From a virus (lineage: Duplodnaviria > Caudoviricetes), in IMG/VR virus record IMGVR_UViG_3300031555_004524, positions 1 through 64,000 of that record: a DNA stretch of 64,000 nt. The stretch is one strand, 5' to 3'. Below the pieces are notes generated by a model. That model did no database searches and was not told the origin of the DNA. It saw only the letters and a list, made by a program, of their open reading frames with translations. Of this stretch, positions 41,690 to 52,103 are shown in pieces. The number at the start of each line of letters is the position of its first letter. The first letter of the stretch is position 1. Made by a program: the position numbers and the translations under genes.

Positions 41690-43285
41690 TCATTCTATTT
41701 TATGAAATAATTTAATTGGTCTATCTGGATCAATTTTATTAAATAGTCTAATAAGATTAGGTTTATTTCGTTCTTCCATTATATCCTTATATTTAGCATG
41801 TAATTCTGGCATAGATAAATTAATTTCAGAACAACTTGTAGCGTATTTTTTATATATAGGTTTTTTGGCATAATAATAATTTCTACAATGCGTAAAACCT
41901 TTATCTACACATTCTATACATATAGTATCATTATCTCGCGTTCTACCCAACAACTGTCTAGCTATAACTTCTGATTTAAAAGGTTCTGCTAACACTACAG
42001 TCATTTTCAATCCTTTTATATCAATTGCAGCTCCAGCAGATTTGGTTGTTGTTAGTATTATTCTTTTAGATAATGCTAATTGTTTATCTTCTTGGGAAAC
42101 TATTGAAGTATATATACCAATATCATTTTCTAATTCTTGGAAGTTTTCTATAAGCCATTGGTATACTGTCATTATTGCATTATTTGTTCCTATATATAGC
42201 ATAAACTTGTCACCAGGAAGTTTTGTTCTCTTTATTCCCATATTCATAATTACAGTTAATAATTTATAAAACTCTGGTTGTTTTACTACATAGTTTGTAT
42301 ATTTATTCCTATCCATTCCATACGTATTATTTCTACAATTACTTATATCCTGCGGAAGAGGATTGCTATTATACATAATTGCAAAATATGCAGTATGTGG
42401 GTCATTTTCTTCATCAAATAAATCTATAGCTGGAACATTTTTAAATGCAGCTTGATATATTTGATTTTCTCTCTGATTTGATTTAGCTGGTGTAGCTGTC
42501 AGATAATATGTTTTATATACATTGGTAAAGAAATCTATCATGCAAATATTATCAAAATCTAAATGAGCTTCATCATAGATCTTAATACCAATCTTTAAAT
42601 ATTCAAATAACTCTCCAACTTTTTCCCATCCATATGTGGACCCATAACTTTGTAAAGTATCGTGAGTTACTAAAAATAGTTTATATCGTTTTAATTTATC
42701 TTCAGTTAAATTTAATAATCTAAATATTGTTTTAGATCCTTCTATAATACAAATATCTTTTTCATTAATATTTGTATATTCAACTGTTCTATTTTTCCAC
42801 TGTTTTAACCAATCCACTGTATCGGTTATAACTATTCCTCTAATAGAAAAATATGCCAAAGTTGCTATAGTTATATACGTTTTGCCTTTTCCTGTAGGAA
42901 GGTTTATGGATAACTGAGATTTCAAAGCAGTATATCTATACTCTCCTTGACCAACAGAAAATCGTAATGCTTCTTTCTGAACTTCATCTCTAGGTAAAGT
43001 CTTTATATAAATATCATTAAAACACTGATATTTATAACATTTATTCTCTAAAATTGTAGCGTCTGCATTTAAGCATTTTTCGACAAACCAAATATCTATA
43101 CCTCTCGGGAGGTATAGTTTCTTATTTTTCTTATCATAATAGATTCCCATATAATAAAAACTATGAGTTACAGGATTATATAATTTGAAATTATTTTCCA
43201 ATTGTGTAGAATCTCCAAATTCATAATTATTTATTATAACTGCACTATTCGTAACTTCTATTTTATTCATAATATTTTTCTCCAC
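41690..43285 (-). CDS. Superfamily 2 (DEAH) helicase
   Basis: LPTGKGKT, DEAH, LTATP, RQLLGRTR. Confidence 0.92.
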   Translation of the reverse strand: MEKNIMNKIEVTNSAVIINNYEFGDSTQLENNFKLYNPVTHSFYYMGIYYDKKNKKLYLPRGIDIWFVEKCLNADATILENKCYKYQCFNDIYIKTLPRDEVQKEALRFSVGQGEYRYTALKSQLSINLPTGKGKTYITIATLAYFSIRGIVITDTVDWLKQWKNRTVEYTNINEKDICIIEGSKTIFRLLNLTEDKLKRYKLFLVTHDTLQSYGSTYGWEKVGELFEYLKIGIKIYDEAHLDFDNICMIDFFTNVYKTYYLTATPAKSNQRENQIYQAAFKNVPAIDLFDEENDPHTAYFAIMYNSNPLPQDISNCRNNTYGMDRNKYTNYVVKQPEFYKLLTVIMNMGIKRTKLPGDKFMLYIGTNNAIMTVYQWLIENFQELENDIGIYTSIVSQEDKQLALSKRIILTTTKSAGAAIDIKGLKMTVVLAEPFKSEVIARQLLGRTRDNDTICIECVDKGFTHCRNYYYAKKPIYKKYATSCSEINLSMPELHAKYKDIMEERNKPNLIRLFNKIDPDRPIKLFHKIE

Positions 43286-43367
43286 GATTTTTTTATCATG
43301 TATTACTATAAAGTTAATTATTTTGTCATATTTTACAGGGATAGTATAATACTATCCCCGAATATAT

Positions 43368-43502
43368 TTATTTTACTAAATGAAGAACTCCAGCTTCTAT
43401 TAAAATATTTTCTACTTCCATAATTATATCTGGATGTTTTTCTCTTACGTCTTTTATGCTAAGTTTACCTTGCATGATTTGTGTAGCTAAATAATCAGCC
43501 AT
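43368..43502 (-). CDS. 44-aa CD1375/XkdX-like small protein (not in ORF track)
   Basis: GGGAGG RBS; MADYLATQIMQGKLSIKDVREKHPDIIMEVENILIEAGVLHLVK; followed by a hairpin at 43338-43358. Confidence 0.75.
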   Translation of the reverse strand: MADYLATQIMQGKLSIKDVREKHPDIIMEVENILIEAGVLHLVK

Positions 43503-43527
43503 TCTTTTATCCTCCCTTTGCATGTTC

Positions 43528-43824
43528 TTATAATTTACCATTCATTATTGATTCATTCAATAAATTCTCTATAGAATCTAATCTATCAGTTACACTTAAT
43601 GGTCTAGCTTCATATGTATAATAAACTTCTTTAGTTTTTCTATTATATCTAGGAACGGCAATACGCCCTTTAATTTGTTCTGGTTTTGGAATTTCTCTTA
43701 CAAAAAATCCACTCTCCAGTAATTCTTCTTTAGTTAATCCTAATCCATGTTTAGGATCAAATGGAACTCTGTGCATTAACGTTACAACGTCATCTTTTCC
43801 AACTTTAATATATATATCAGTCAT
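43528..43824 (-). CDS. XkdW-like tail-fibre assembly protein
   Basis: H.VPFDPKHGLG.TKEEL..G..V.EIP.PE...G....RYN..EVYY.YE.RP pattern; paired with the XkdX-like gene. Confidence 0.6.
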   Translation of the reverse strand: MTDIYIKVGKDDVVTLMHRVPFDPKHGLGLTKEELLESGFFVREIPKPEQIKGRIAVPRYNRKTKEVYYTYEARPLSVTDRLDSIENLLNESIMNGKL

Positions 43825-43931
43825 CTTTCAATCACTCCTTTGTAAAGATATTATGATTATTACAATGTTGCGTTTATCATTTTTTCACATCCTTATAATA
43901 TATTCTTTTAAAAAGAAAGGAGTATGTGTGA

Positions 43932-44171
43932 ATGAAAAACAAGAATAAGAAAGAAAATATGTTTCAAGATATTACACTCACTATAGCAGTCATAATAGCA
44001 TGTTGCATAATGGGGCAAATATACAATGAAGATTTAAATTTTCTACATATTTATACTGCAAAAGACTATTTCTTATATTCGTGTGGATTATTTATAATAA
44101 TCAAAATTGTATATAATACTGTAATGCATATTCATCGAGCTTTGGTTAATTCAGGAGACAATAAAGGGTAG
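43932..44171 (+). CDS. Small two-TM membrane protein
   Basis: AAGGAG RBS; late promoter at 43886-43897. Confidence 0.65.
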   Translation: MKNKNKKENMFQDITLTIAVIIACCIMGQIYNEDLNFLHIYTAKDYFLYSCGLFIIIKIVYNTVMHIHRALVNSGDNKG

Positions 44172-44191
44172 ACTAATAATAGTCTACCCTT
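44164..44191. terminator. Terminator between convergent genes
   Basis: AAGGGTAGACTA/TAGTCTACCCTT stem. Confidence 0.8.
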
Positions 44192-44202
44192 ACATTTTTA
44201 TT

Positions 44203-46347
44203 TTATAAACTAATTATATTTGTATAATTTATTGTATTTTTACCCATCTTATTAATACCACAAGATTCAATTGGGAAGTTAGATATCGAATCATTTATAA
44301 TTGTAGTATAATCAATAAATTCTTTAATCCAATCTGGAGTTTCCACATCTGTTGGAATAGATATTGCTGTTATTTCACCTTGACCAATTTTCTTTTTAGC
44401 TTTATCTCTTACATCATCTGTGCCAAATTTTTGAATTTCTGGGTTTCTCAATACTGCTAAAACTTTTTCATAAGTTTCTGGATAAGTTTCTTTAATTCTA
44501 TCAATATTTTTTTCATTGATAATAACCTTAACAATATCTACAGTATTTCTAGTTGATAAATCTATTGCCTCTAAATCTTCATCTCTGGTCATATTCCATA
44601 CAACTGCAGCTTTTACACCTTGAATTCTCATCGGATCTTCATAATTTGATAATGATTTAATTGCTGCTGGTTTATAGAATTCTTTCTTTCCTGCTCGTAA
44701 AGATTCGTATATCTGTTTTTCAAATATAGCTAAATCTTTTATAATTTGAAGTTGATTAATTTCTCTTGTATTTAAAACGTCTTCATATAGAATACGTTTT
44801 AACTCTTCTCTAGATCTAGCGTTTAATGTAGATTTGTTTATAGGCAATCCCTTAATGTCCAATGCAGTTGACAATCCATCTGGAATCATTTTTCCTTCTT
44901 GGATTTCCTGTTTAGATGCATAATTCTTTTTATTATTTGTCAATAATACTCTATAAAATAAGAACTCATTCTTACTAATTATAAGACATTCTTTATCTCC
45001 TCTATATGAATGAGTTTGTTTTGTATATGAAATCATATATTCATTTACCAATATACCACACACATATGACATTATATTGATAATAGAATATCTCAAACCA
45101 TCCTCTGCAATTATCTTATTAGGCTTAATTGCTCTTTTAATCTCTATAATTTCATCATTATAAAAATCATAATCCAATACAGTTTCTACCTTTTCAGTAC
45201 ACTGCTCTCCTTCCATATATGATACTGGGTCTGTTTCGACTTGAGTAATTGGGAATGGAATTCCTTTAACTTTATTTAATACATATCTATACCATCCATC
45301 CATAGATACAATAGCACTATCAGTATCTGATAACGCTGCTACATTTTTAATCATAAATTCATTTCTATCTATTCTGTCGATAATCTGATAATTATAGAAT
45401 ACATACTCTCTAATCAATTCTGTAAACGTATCTAGCTCAACTTTTATTTCTTTTGGCGGATGATTAGGGTCCATATATGGAGCTTCTAATCTATTTAAAA
45501 TATAAATTAATGCATTTGTAATTGATTTATTATCGCAAAATGCGATTAAGTTATTTTTATAATATATTCTATTTATATCTTCTTGGGAGAGTTTTGAAAT
45601 TATTTCCCAAATAATATTTAAATCTTTCATATCAGGAACCCATTTCAATTCTCCTCTACGGAAATCTCCGATAGTATATACTAATTTAGTAAAACATTCT
45701 TCATGTGTAATATTTCTATCTAATATATCTCTATCATCGAACTTTCGATCATTTTTCTCACTCAGCACGTTATTGATAAACACAACAATTTCATCTAATG
45801 ATGCAAACTTTACATTGTTTGCTAATATCATTTCAAAAAACATAATTACTGATGAAATCAATGATCTACCTTGCCCTGTAATTGATGCTGCCACGTTAAG
45901 ATTATAGAAAATACTACTCCATTTTCCTAATGCCCCATATATACTATTACAGTCCTGTTTATCAAGTAACTGCAAAATATTATATTTTGCAAATTCATCT
46001 GTTCCTTTAGGATATTTAAACATCTCAGCTTTATGCACTCCACGCAAATCCATGAATTCTTTAATCATGTCCATCAATGGATTAGGTACAGTTCCATGTT
46101 TTCTAAACAAAACTCCCCAAGAAGTACATATTGGCTCTCTAGACAATATGCAATTTGTGAGATCTTTCAAAGTCATCTCAGCATTTGTATTTTTATAACT
46201 ATTATGCACATTAATAGTTGTATTTCTTTCCCTATTTGCAACAGACCAATCCAATACTGAATCAAATTCATCTGCATGCAACCCTGGATATATGAATTTC
46301 GTCATTTTATACATAACGTCTCTATATTTTTTAGTTATCATATCCAT
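44203..46347 (-). CDS. Split family-B DNA polymerase, subunit with motifs B and C
   Basis: KQDCNSIYG (motif B), SDTDS (motif C), KKNYA; motif A absent. AAGGAG supports ATG 46347. Confidence 0.9.
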   Translation of the reverse strand: MDMITKKYRDVMYKMTKFIYPGLHADEFDSVLDWSVANRERNTTINVHNSYKNTNAEMTLKDLTNCILSREPICTSWGVLFRKHGTVPNPLMDMIKEFMDLRGVHKAEMFKYPKGTDEFAKYNILQLLDKQDCNSIYGALGKWSSIFYNLNVAASITGQGRSLISSVIMFFEMILANNVKFASLDEIVVFINNVLSEKNDRKFDDRDILDRNITHEECFTKLVYTIGDFRRGELKWVPDMKDLNIIWEIISKLSQEDINRIYYKNNLIAFCDNKSITNALIYILNRLEAPYMDPNHPPKEIKVELDTFTELIREYVFYNYQIIDRIDRNEFMIKNVAALSDTDSAIVSMDGWYRYVLNKVKGIPFPITQVETDPVSYMEGEQCTEKVETVLDYDFYNDEIIEIKRAIKPNKIIAEDGLRYSIINIMSYVCGILVNEYMISYTKQTHSYRGDKECLIISKNEFLFYRVLLTNNKKNYASKQEIQEGKMIPDGLSTALDIKGLPINKSTLNARSREELKRILYEDVLNTREINQLQIIKDLAIFEKQIYESLRAGKKEFYKPAAIKSLSNYEDPMRIQGVKAAVVWNMTRDEDLEAIDLSTRNTVDIVKVIINEKNIDRIKETYPETYEKVLAVLRNPEIQKFGTDDVRDKAKKKIGQGEITAISIPTDVETPDWIKEFIDYTTIINDSISNFPIESCGINKMGKNTINYTNIISL

Positions 46348-46525
46348 TATAAATATGGCTCCTTTCATCATGTATGATCACTTTAGACTTTTATATATTA
46401 GTTGTAGTTGATGTATTTTTTGATTTATATTACTAATAATTTAACATGTATATAAAAATACTAATGATTAAAATATGACATGTCATAGTATTATATATTT
46501 CGAAATATAAAGGAGGACTTTAATC

Positions 46526-46996
46526 ATGGGAATGTTTACAGGAATTGGTAGCGTAAACGAATCAATTGAACAGATGTTCAGCGATCCTAATAGAGTAATG
46601 GAGCTTTTTATCGTAGACGAAGTTAGTCAGCTTCCAGATGAGCTCGTACATGAATTTTGTAAAGAAGGTGGAGTTGGTCAGCAGTTAGTTGCAGAAGGAA
46701 AACTCCGTAAGAAAACATTAGTTCGTCTCAGCAAGAAAGATGACTTAGCTAGACGTGAAACTATGATTGCTATGCAGCTCGCTAAAGAACATAACGATCC
46801 ACTTTGGAAGAAGTTTATGATCAATACTAAAAAGCGTAATGAACTTAAAGCAGCTATGCTTAAAAAGTATGGAACAAAAGCAACTAGAGGAGCTAAACAG
46901 GCACAGCAGATGTTCCTTAAAGGTGGAGCAAAGAAAACTGGAATTCTTCCAAAAGATTTCCAGCGTAGTGTTAAAAATGATGAAAATAGAAAATAA
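46526..46996 (+). CDS. Basic internal head (DNA-binding-like) protein
   Basis: SVNE|S site, K/R-rich C-terminal half, high-expression codons, late promoter at 46443-46454. Confidence 0.6.
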   Translation: MGMFTGIGSVNESIEQMFSDPNRVMELFIVDEVSQLPDELVHEFCKEGGVGQQLVAEGKLRKKTLVRLSKKDDLARRETMIAMQLAKEHNDPLWKKFMINTKKRNELKAAMLKKYGTKATRGAKQAQQMFLKGGAKKTGILPKDFQRSVKNDENRK

Positions 46997-47014
46997 GGTA
47001 TTAAACATATAATT

Positions 47015-47189
47015 GATGGACCAGCACTGTCCATACAACCAAAAAAAACGCTCATTTTGGTGTATTTTGTACTTTCTATTTTCATTTTTTCGTTAGTCGG
47101 AAAATATCTTTTGTCCTTTGTAAATTTTTAATTGTACGGAAACAACAGTGAATTACACGTAGTATCATTTAGATGCTACGTGTAACTTC
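47015..47189 (+). ncRNA. Candidate late small RNA or structured 3' UTR
   Basis: AACA-N6-TG at 47004-47015; two 5' hairpins, a U-rich middle, and a long stem at 47150-47189 whose G.U pair works only on the + strand. Confidence 0.4.
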
Positions 47190-47200
47190 ATGTCTAATTA

Positions 47201-47216
47201 TATATTATATATATGA
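47201..47216 (+). promoter_or_regulatory. Early-type promoter of RNAP beta'
   Basis: TATATTAT-ATATA-TGA. Confidence 0.6.
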
Positions 47217-47277
47217 TAAGTTGAAAATAACTATATTTTTAACTTTATAATAATTTATGAAAAAGGAGAGAAAAATA

Positions 47278-49377
47278 ATGAACACACAAATATTCTATGA
47301 TGAATCGACAGCATTACAGAATTATCAGAATTATGGTCCATATGTACAGTTAGTTCAATATGGTCAAATTGAAGTATTTGCTAAAGATTTTACTAGAGAA
47401 AATATTGAGTATCATATTCAGTGCATTGAAAATATATTTGCAGATGGAATTGAAACTCAACGAGTTAGACATATGAAAGTAATGGTACATTTTCCAGATT
47501 CAGTTAGTCTGAATCTGACTATTTTTGATTATTTCTTTAATATTATCTTCTGGATACTACCACTTTCTGTTGGGGCTAATATTACTTCATCAGATTTATT
47601 CTTTGAAGAGAATTTTACACAGGGAGGAATCAAAAATTATATTGATGAGTTATTTTTAGATAGGTATAGAACAACTGTACCTAATATAAACTTAAATAAT
47701 ATTATAGATGAAATGATGTTTCAGATTAGAAAAGTTGATAGATTTTCTAAATATTTCTTAAATACTATCAATAATGAAGACACTATTGCGCTAATGGATG
47801 CAAATCCAGAATTTGACGCTTTGATGCATACTAATATAGCCAATGTGCCATTAGATCAAGTTAGAGATTATGGTATGGATATGACAAATAGAATGATAGA
47901 TATTATTAGAGAAACAGATCATTGTATGGCTAATGCATTTAATTGTGGGCAGGGTATTAATAAGAAACAGTTCAAAGAGTTCATGGTTAATATTGGTACT
48001 AAACCTGATGGTAAAGGCGGATTGTTCAATGGTGCAATCAATCAGTCTTATGTAAATGGAGGATTAAATAGAGTATTATATGACTTCATGGATGCAACTG
48101 TATCTAGAGAGGCAGAAATTATTAAGAAAGATAACGTTGGAAGCTCTGGGCATTTATCTCGATTAATGGGATTAAATAACCAGAGTACTAAATTACATTT
48201 AGATCCAACATATTCTTGCCATACCAAGAATCTTGTTGAAATTTATTTAAAAGATTCTAAACTGATAGATAAGTATAAGAATAGATGGTATAGATTTCAT
48301 CCAGATGGTCCAGAGTATAAAATGAGCTCCAGTCCATCAAAATATGATTCTCATCTTATTGGTCAAACTGTATATTTCAGAAGCCCAATGACTTGCGAAT
48401 CAAATGCTAAAGGTCATGGTATTTGTTATAAATGCTATGGGGATTTGGCATATGTAAATGCAGATATTAATATAGGTAAAATGGCGGCAGAAATACTTTG
48501 TTCAATATTAACACAGAAGTTATTATCTGCAAAGCATCTCTTACAGTCTGATGCTAAAGCTACACATTGGGTTCAGGAATTTTCAGATCTTTGTGAAGTA
48601 TCATTCAATATTATATCTATTAAAAATGATTTAGATTTAATGAATAAATATACTTTATTGATTTATCCAGAATCTATTCAGCAGGAGAATGAAGAAGATG
48701 ATTTCGAATACAATGATTATATTGATTATTTCGAAGTAGAATATCCATCTGGAGAAATTAAACAAATCTTCAATATGGATGACGACACTAACCAGAAAGG
48801 TCCAATTTATTTATCAAATGATTTAATAGAATATCTTCAAAGAATACCAGATCCAGGAGAAGAACCATATCGTATTTCATTTGATAAGATAAAAGATATA
48901 AGTTTATTCTTAATGAAAATTTCTAATAATGAAATTTCCAAAACATTGGATCAGTTAAAAGACTTAGTAAATAAATTATCTAGTATTCAGAATAAAACTT
49001 ATAGCCAGTGGATTCAAGAATTAGTTGAAATTACAGAACACGGTGGAGTGAATATAGATGCTGTTCATCTCGAAGTAATATTATCTAATCAGATACGAAA
49101 TATAAATGATATATTAGATAATCCAAACTGGGAATATCCAAACGAACCGTATCAGTTACTTACACTTGGCAAAGCATTAGCAAATCATCCAAGTATTGTA
49201 ACTACTCTAGTATATGAGGATTTACCTAAAGTATTAATTGAGCCTACTTCATATAGAAAGAGAAAAGCTGCTGAAATCGATTTATTCTTTATGGAACAAC
49301 CACAAGAAGAAATGAATGTAACAATTCAAGAAGAACATGTTGATGGATTAAAACCATTATTCTATAAGATAGAATAG
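47278..49377 (+). CDS. Multisubunit RNA polymerase beta' C-terminal subunit (probably nvRNAP)
   Basis: NIGTKPDGKG, bridge helix ..VGSSGHLSR, Zn site RSPMTC..ICYKCYG, trigger loop TQKLLSAKH; preceded by an early promoter. AAGGAG supports ATG 47278. Confidence 0.9.
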   Translation: MNTQIFYDESTALQNYQNYGPYVQLVQYGQIEVFAKDFTRENIEYHIQCIENIFADGIETQRVRHMKVMVHFPDSVSLNLTIFDYFFNIIFWILPLSVGANITSSDLFFEENFTQGGIKNYIDELFLDRYRTTVPNINLNNIIDEMMFQIRKVDRFSKYFLNTINNEDTIALMDANPEFDALMHTNIANVPLDQVRDYGMDMTNRMIDIIRETDHCMANAFNCGQGINKKQFKEFMVNIGTKPDGKGGLFNGAINQSYVNGGLNRVLYDFMDATVSREAEIIKKDNVGSSGHLSRLMGLNNQSTKLHLDPTYSCHTKNLVEIYLKDSKLIDKYKNRWYRFHPDGPEYKMSSSPSKYDSHLIGQTVYFRSPMTCESNAKGHGICYKCYGDLAYVNADINIGKMAAEILCSILTQKLLSAKHLLQSDAKATHWVQEFSDLCEVSFNIISIKNDLDLMNKYTLLIYPESIQQENEEDDFEYNDYIDYFEVEYPSGEIKQIFNMDDDTNQKGPIYLSNDLIEYLQRIPDPGEEPYRISFDKIKDISLFLMKISNNEISKTLDQLKDLVNKLSSIQNKTYSQWIQELVEITEHGGVNIDAVHLEVILSNQIRNINDILDNPNWEYPNEPYQLLTLGKALANHPSIVTTLVYEDLPKVLIEPTSYRKRKAAEIDLFFMEQPQEEMNVTIQEEHVDGLKPLFYKIE

Positions 49378-49414
49378 AAAAAATGGATTTTGTAAAAATT
49401 CGTATTTGTGATAG

Positions 49415-49430
49415 TATATTATAATAGTGA
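49415..49430 (+). promoter_or_regulatory. Early-type promoter of the small membrane protein
   Basis: TATATTAT-AATAG-TGA. Confidence 0.6.
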
Positions 49431-49493
49431 TATAATACAATATTGTATCAATACACATACACAAAAATATACAATACGAAGGAGAAATGAATC

Positions 49494-49805
49494 ATGACAA
49501 CAGCAAGAAAAATTAAAAACCCAGCAAAAGATGTACATCACATCGAAGACGCAGCAAGAAGAAACAAAGAAGAATCTATCAAAGCTATTAAGTTAGTATC
49601 AGGTGTAGGAATTGCATTAGTAGTAATAGGATTTATTATGGTAGCAGCTTCATTAGAAAGTTATGAGATTGGAGTATTTTCATTACAGGTAGCTTTTCCT
49701 CTTACAATAATAGGATTATTATTAGCAGCTATTGGAGTATTCTTTGTAGTTAAAGCTGAAAAATATGCTAAGAAAAATAAAATAAAAATATACGAGTGCA
49801 TGTAA
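49494..49805 (+). CDS. Early two-TM small membrane protein
   Basis: Early promoter at 49415-49430, GAAGGAG RBS, own terminator at 49790-49818. Confidence 0.8.
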   Translation: MTTARKIKNPAKDVHHIEDAARRNKEESIKAIKLVSGVGIALVVIGFIMVAASLESYEIGVFSLQVAFPLTIIGLLLAAIGVFFVVKAEKYAKKNKIKIYECM

Positions 49806-49834
49806 TGTGCACTCGTATTTTTTTTGTCTCTTTT

Positions 49835-49846
49835 CACATCCGTATA
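49835..49846 (+). promoter_or_regulatory. Late nvRNAP promoter (terminase)
   Basis: CACA-TCCGTA-TA. Confidence 0.65.
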
Positions 49847-49883
49847 AATATCTCATAATAGATAGGATGTGAAATAATAAGAT

Positions 49884-52103
49884 ATGGTATTACGACAAAA
49901 TGCAGTTCCAATGCAAATATCAATACATTGGAATACAACTAATAAAAGTTTCCTCGACATGCATTATTTTTTAAAAATGAAAGGTATTAAGAATAATGCA
50001 TTCTTTCTCTCTATATATGATACAGACTTAATAAATATAGATCCTAGAGATCCAAATCTTCCTAGGATGTATAAAGTGAAAGTTTTACGCGAATGTCAAT
50101 TTAACTACTGGTATTTCTTACGAGAAATTGTTAGAATTCCTGATACTGGTGGTGTTGTTGGTGGCGGTGTTCCTTATAAATTAGATAGAGGAAATCTTGC
50201 GTTAAACTTTGGATTCACATTAAACTGGAATATGTTCCTGGAATTACCTCGACAGTTCGGTAAAACAACTTCAGCATTATGCTGGTATTTATGGGTATTC
50301 AACTTCGGAACAACTAACTCAGAAATCATGTTTATGAATAAGAAGCATGATGACTCTAAGATGAACTTACGAAGATTAAAAGATATGAGAAAAGCATTAC
50401 CAGAATACTTACAAATGGACTCTGCTTATGGTCCTGATGGTAAGAAAATGCGTCCTGTATCTAACGTTGAAACATTATCTCATATTAGTAATGGTAATAA
50501 AATCACCACAAAACCTGGTGCAAATAGTAAAGCTAAAGCAAATGGGCTTGGTCGTGGTTGCACCATGCCAATGCAATGGTATGATGAGTATGCGTTCATC
50601 TTATATAATAAACTTATTTACATGGCTGCTACACCTGCCTTCTCTACCGCTTCACGTAATGCTAAGAATAATGGAAAACCTTATGGTATCCTTATTACAA
50701 CTACACCTGGAGATTTGACGACTAATGAAGGTATGAATGCTAATGTGACACGATGTGCAGCTACTGTATTCAATGAAAGATTTTATGATAGTTCTGCTCA
50801 AGAATTGGAAGAAATTCGTAGAGCAAATACTAAATCTAACTTCTTTTATATTCGATTTACTTATATTCAACTTGGTGCTGGGGATGATTATTTCCAGTCA
50901 ATGGTTAAAGACTTGGAAAAAGATTGGCCTACTATCAGACGAGAAGTACTACTTGAATGGGCTACTATGGCTAATAATAGTCCGTTTACACAACAAGATC
51001 TTGATATGGTTGGTACATTTATACAGAAAGATCCTATTACTCAAATTAAACTTGGACCTGCATACTTCTTAGACGTATGGGGGCAAACCGACTTGCTTAG
51101 ATATCCTCCTATCATTGGGGTGGACATAAGCGGGGGATTTTCACAAGACTCATCTGCTATAACTATTATAGATAGTAGAACGACTAAAGTATTATGTACA
51201 TTTAACTGTAACTTTATTTCACCTATAGATTTAGCTAAAGTAATATATCATATTGTAGTTAAGTATATGCCGAATGCTATTATAAATATAGAACGAAATG
51301 GCGGTTATGGATCTTCAGTAATTGGATATCTGGTTAAGACGGATATCAAAAAGAACTTATATTATGAAATTAAAGATAGAGTTGTTGAAGAAAAATTCAA
51401 CGGTATGACCATGGTTAAACGTAAACAGCAAACTAAAGTATATGGATTAGACCAGACTCATGATACTAGAGAATTACTTATGGAAATTCTTAGAGACCGT
51501 ATGAATAATCATAAACAGAAATTCATATCTCCTTTAATTTACGAAGAATTGAAAACGTTAGAAATTAAGAAGAATGGTCGTATTGAGCATGCTGATGGAG
51601 CTCACGATGACCAGGTATTCTCATACTTATTAGCATTATATGTATGGTATGAAGGAAAGAACTTAATGGAAAGATTTGGTCTTGAAATTAGAGAACTTAA
51701 AACAGATAATGCTATTGATGAAACCATGGATATTGAAACTTATAACGGTCAGAAAAATATTGCTGGGGATTTAGAAGATCTTACTTCTGAATACTCACAT
51801 GATTCTGAATCAGAGGTTCAAAAACAGTTAAAATATTTAAGTCAAGCTCGTAGTATATCATATGAGCAATGGTTAGAACAGCAGCAAGCTGAAAATAATT
51901 TAGCTATACAGACTTTATTGAAAACTAAACATGGTAGAGATGCTTATATAAAAGCATATCATCAAGATCCAGATGATGTAAAAATGTATTCTGGAACTAT
52001 AACTTTACCAGACTCTGTATTTGATATGGATTATGAAGATAGACGTCCAACCAAAGCAGATGTGATGAAAAAAACCTTCCAGAATATGATGGATATAAGA
52101 TAA
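49884..52103 (+). CDS. terL: Terminase large subunit
   Basis: Walker A PRQFGKT, Walker B WYDE, coupling motif TTT, nuclease GVDISGG..DSS..HDD; phiKZ/AR9-type N-terminus TTNKSFL. Confidence 0.93.
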   Translation: MVLRQNAVPMQISIHWNTTNKSFLDMHYFLKMKGIKNNAFFLSIYDTDLINIDPRDPNLPRMYKVKVLRECQFNYWYFLREIVRIPDTGGVVGGGVPYKLDRGNLALNFGFTLNWNMFLELPRQFGKTTSALCWYLWVFNFGTTNSEIMFMNKKHDDSKMNLRRLKDMRKALPEYLQMDSAYGPDGKKMRPVSNVETLSHISNGNKITTKPGANSKAKANGLGRGCTMPMQWYDEYAFILYNKLIYMAATPAFSTASRNAKNNGKPYGILITTTPGDLTTNEGMNANVTRCAATVFNERFYDSSAQELEEIRRANTKSNFFYIRFTYIQLGAGDDYFQSMVKDLEKDWPTIRREVLLEWATMANNSPFTQQDLDMVGTFIQKDPITQIKLGPAYFLDVWGQTDLLRYPPIIGVDISGGFSQDSSAITIIDSRTTKVLCTFNCNFISPIDLAKVIYHIVVKYMPNAIINIERNGGYGSSVIGYLVKTDIKKNLYYEIKDRVVEEKFNGMTMVKRKQQTKVYGLDQTHDTRELLMEILRDRMNNHKQKFISPLIYEELKTLEIKKNGRIEHADGAHDDQVFSYLLALYVWYEGKNLMERFGLEIRELKTDNAIDETMDIETYNGQKNIAGDLEDLTSEYSHDSESEVQKQLKYLSQARSISYEQWLEQQQAENNLAIQTLLKTKHGRDAYIKAYHQDPDDVKMYSGTITLPDSVFDMDYEDRRPTKADVMKKTFQNMMDIR

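Noticed and set aside
46678-47085. Minus-strand ORFs opposite 46526-46996
   Set aside because: Antisense to a gene with strong RBS and codon bias; no properly spaced SD.
44203-52103. Inteins or further introns in polymerase, RNAP or terminase
   Set aside because: No intein splice-junction or LAGLIDADG blocks seen; the ORFs are continuous.
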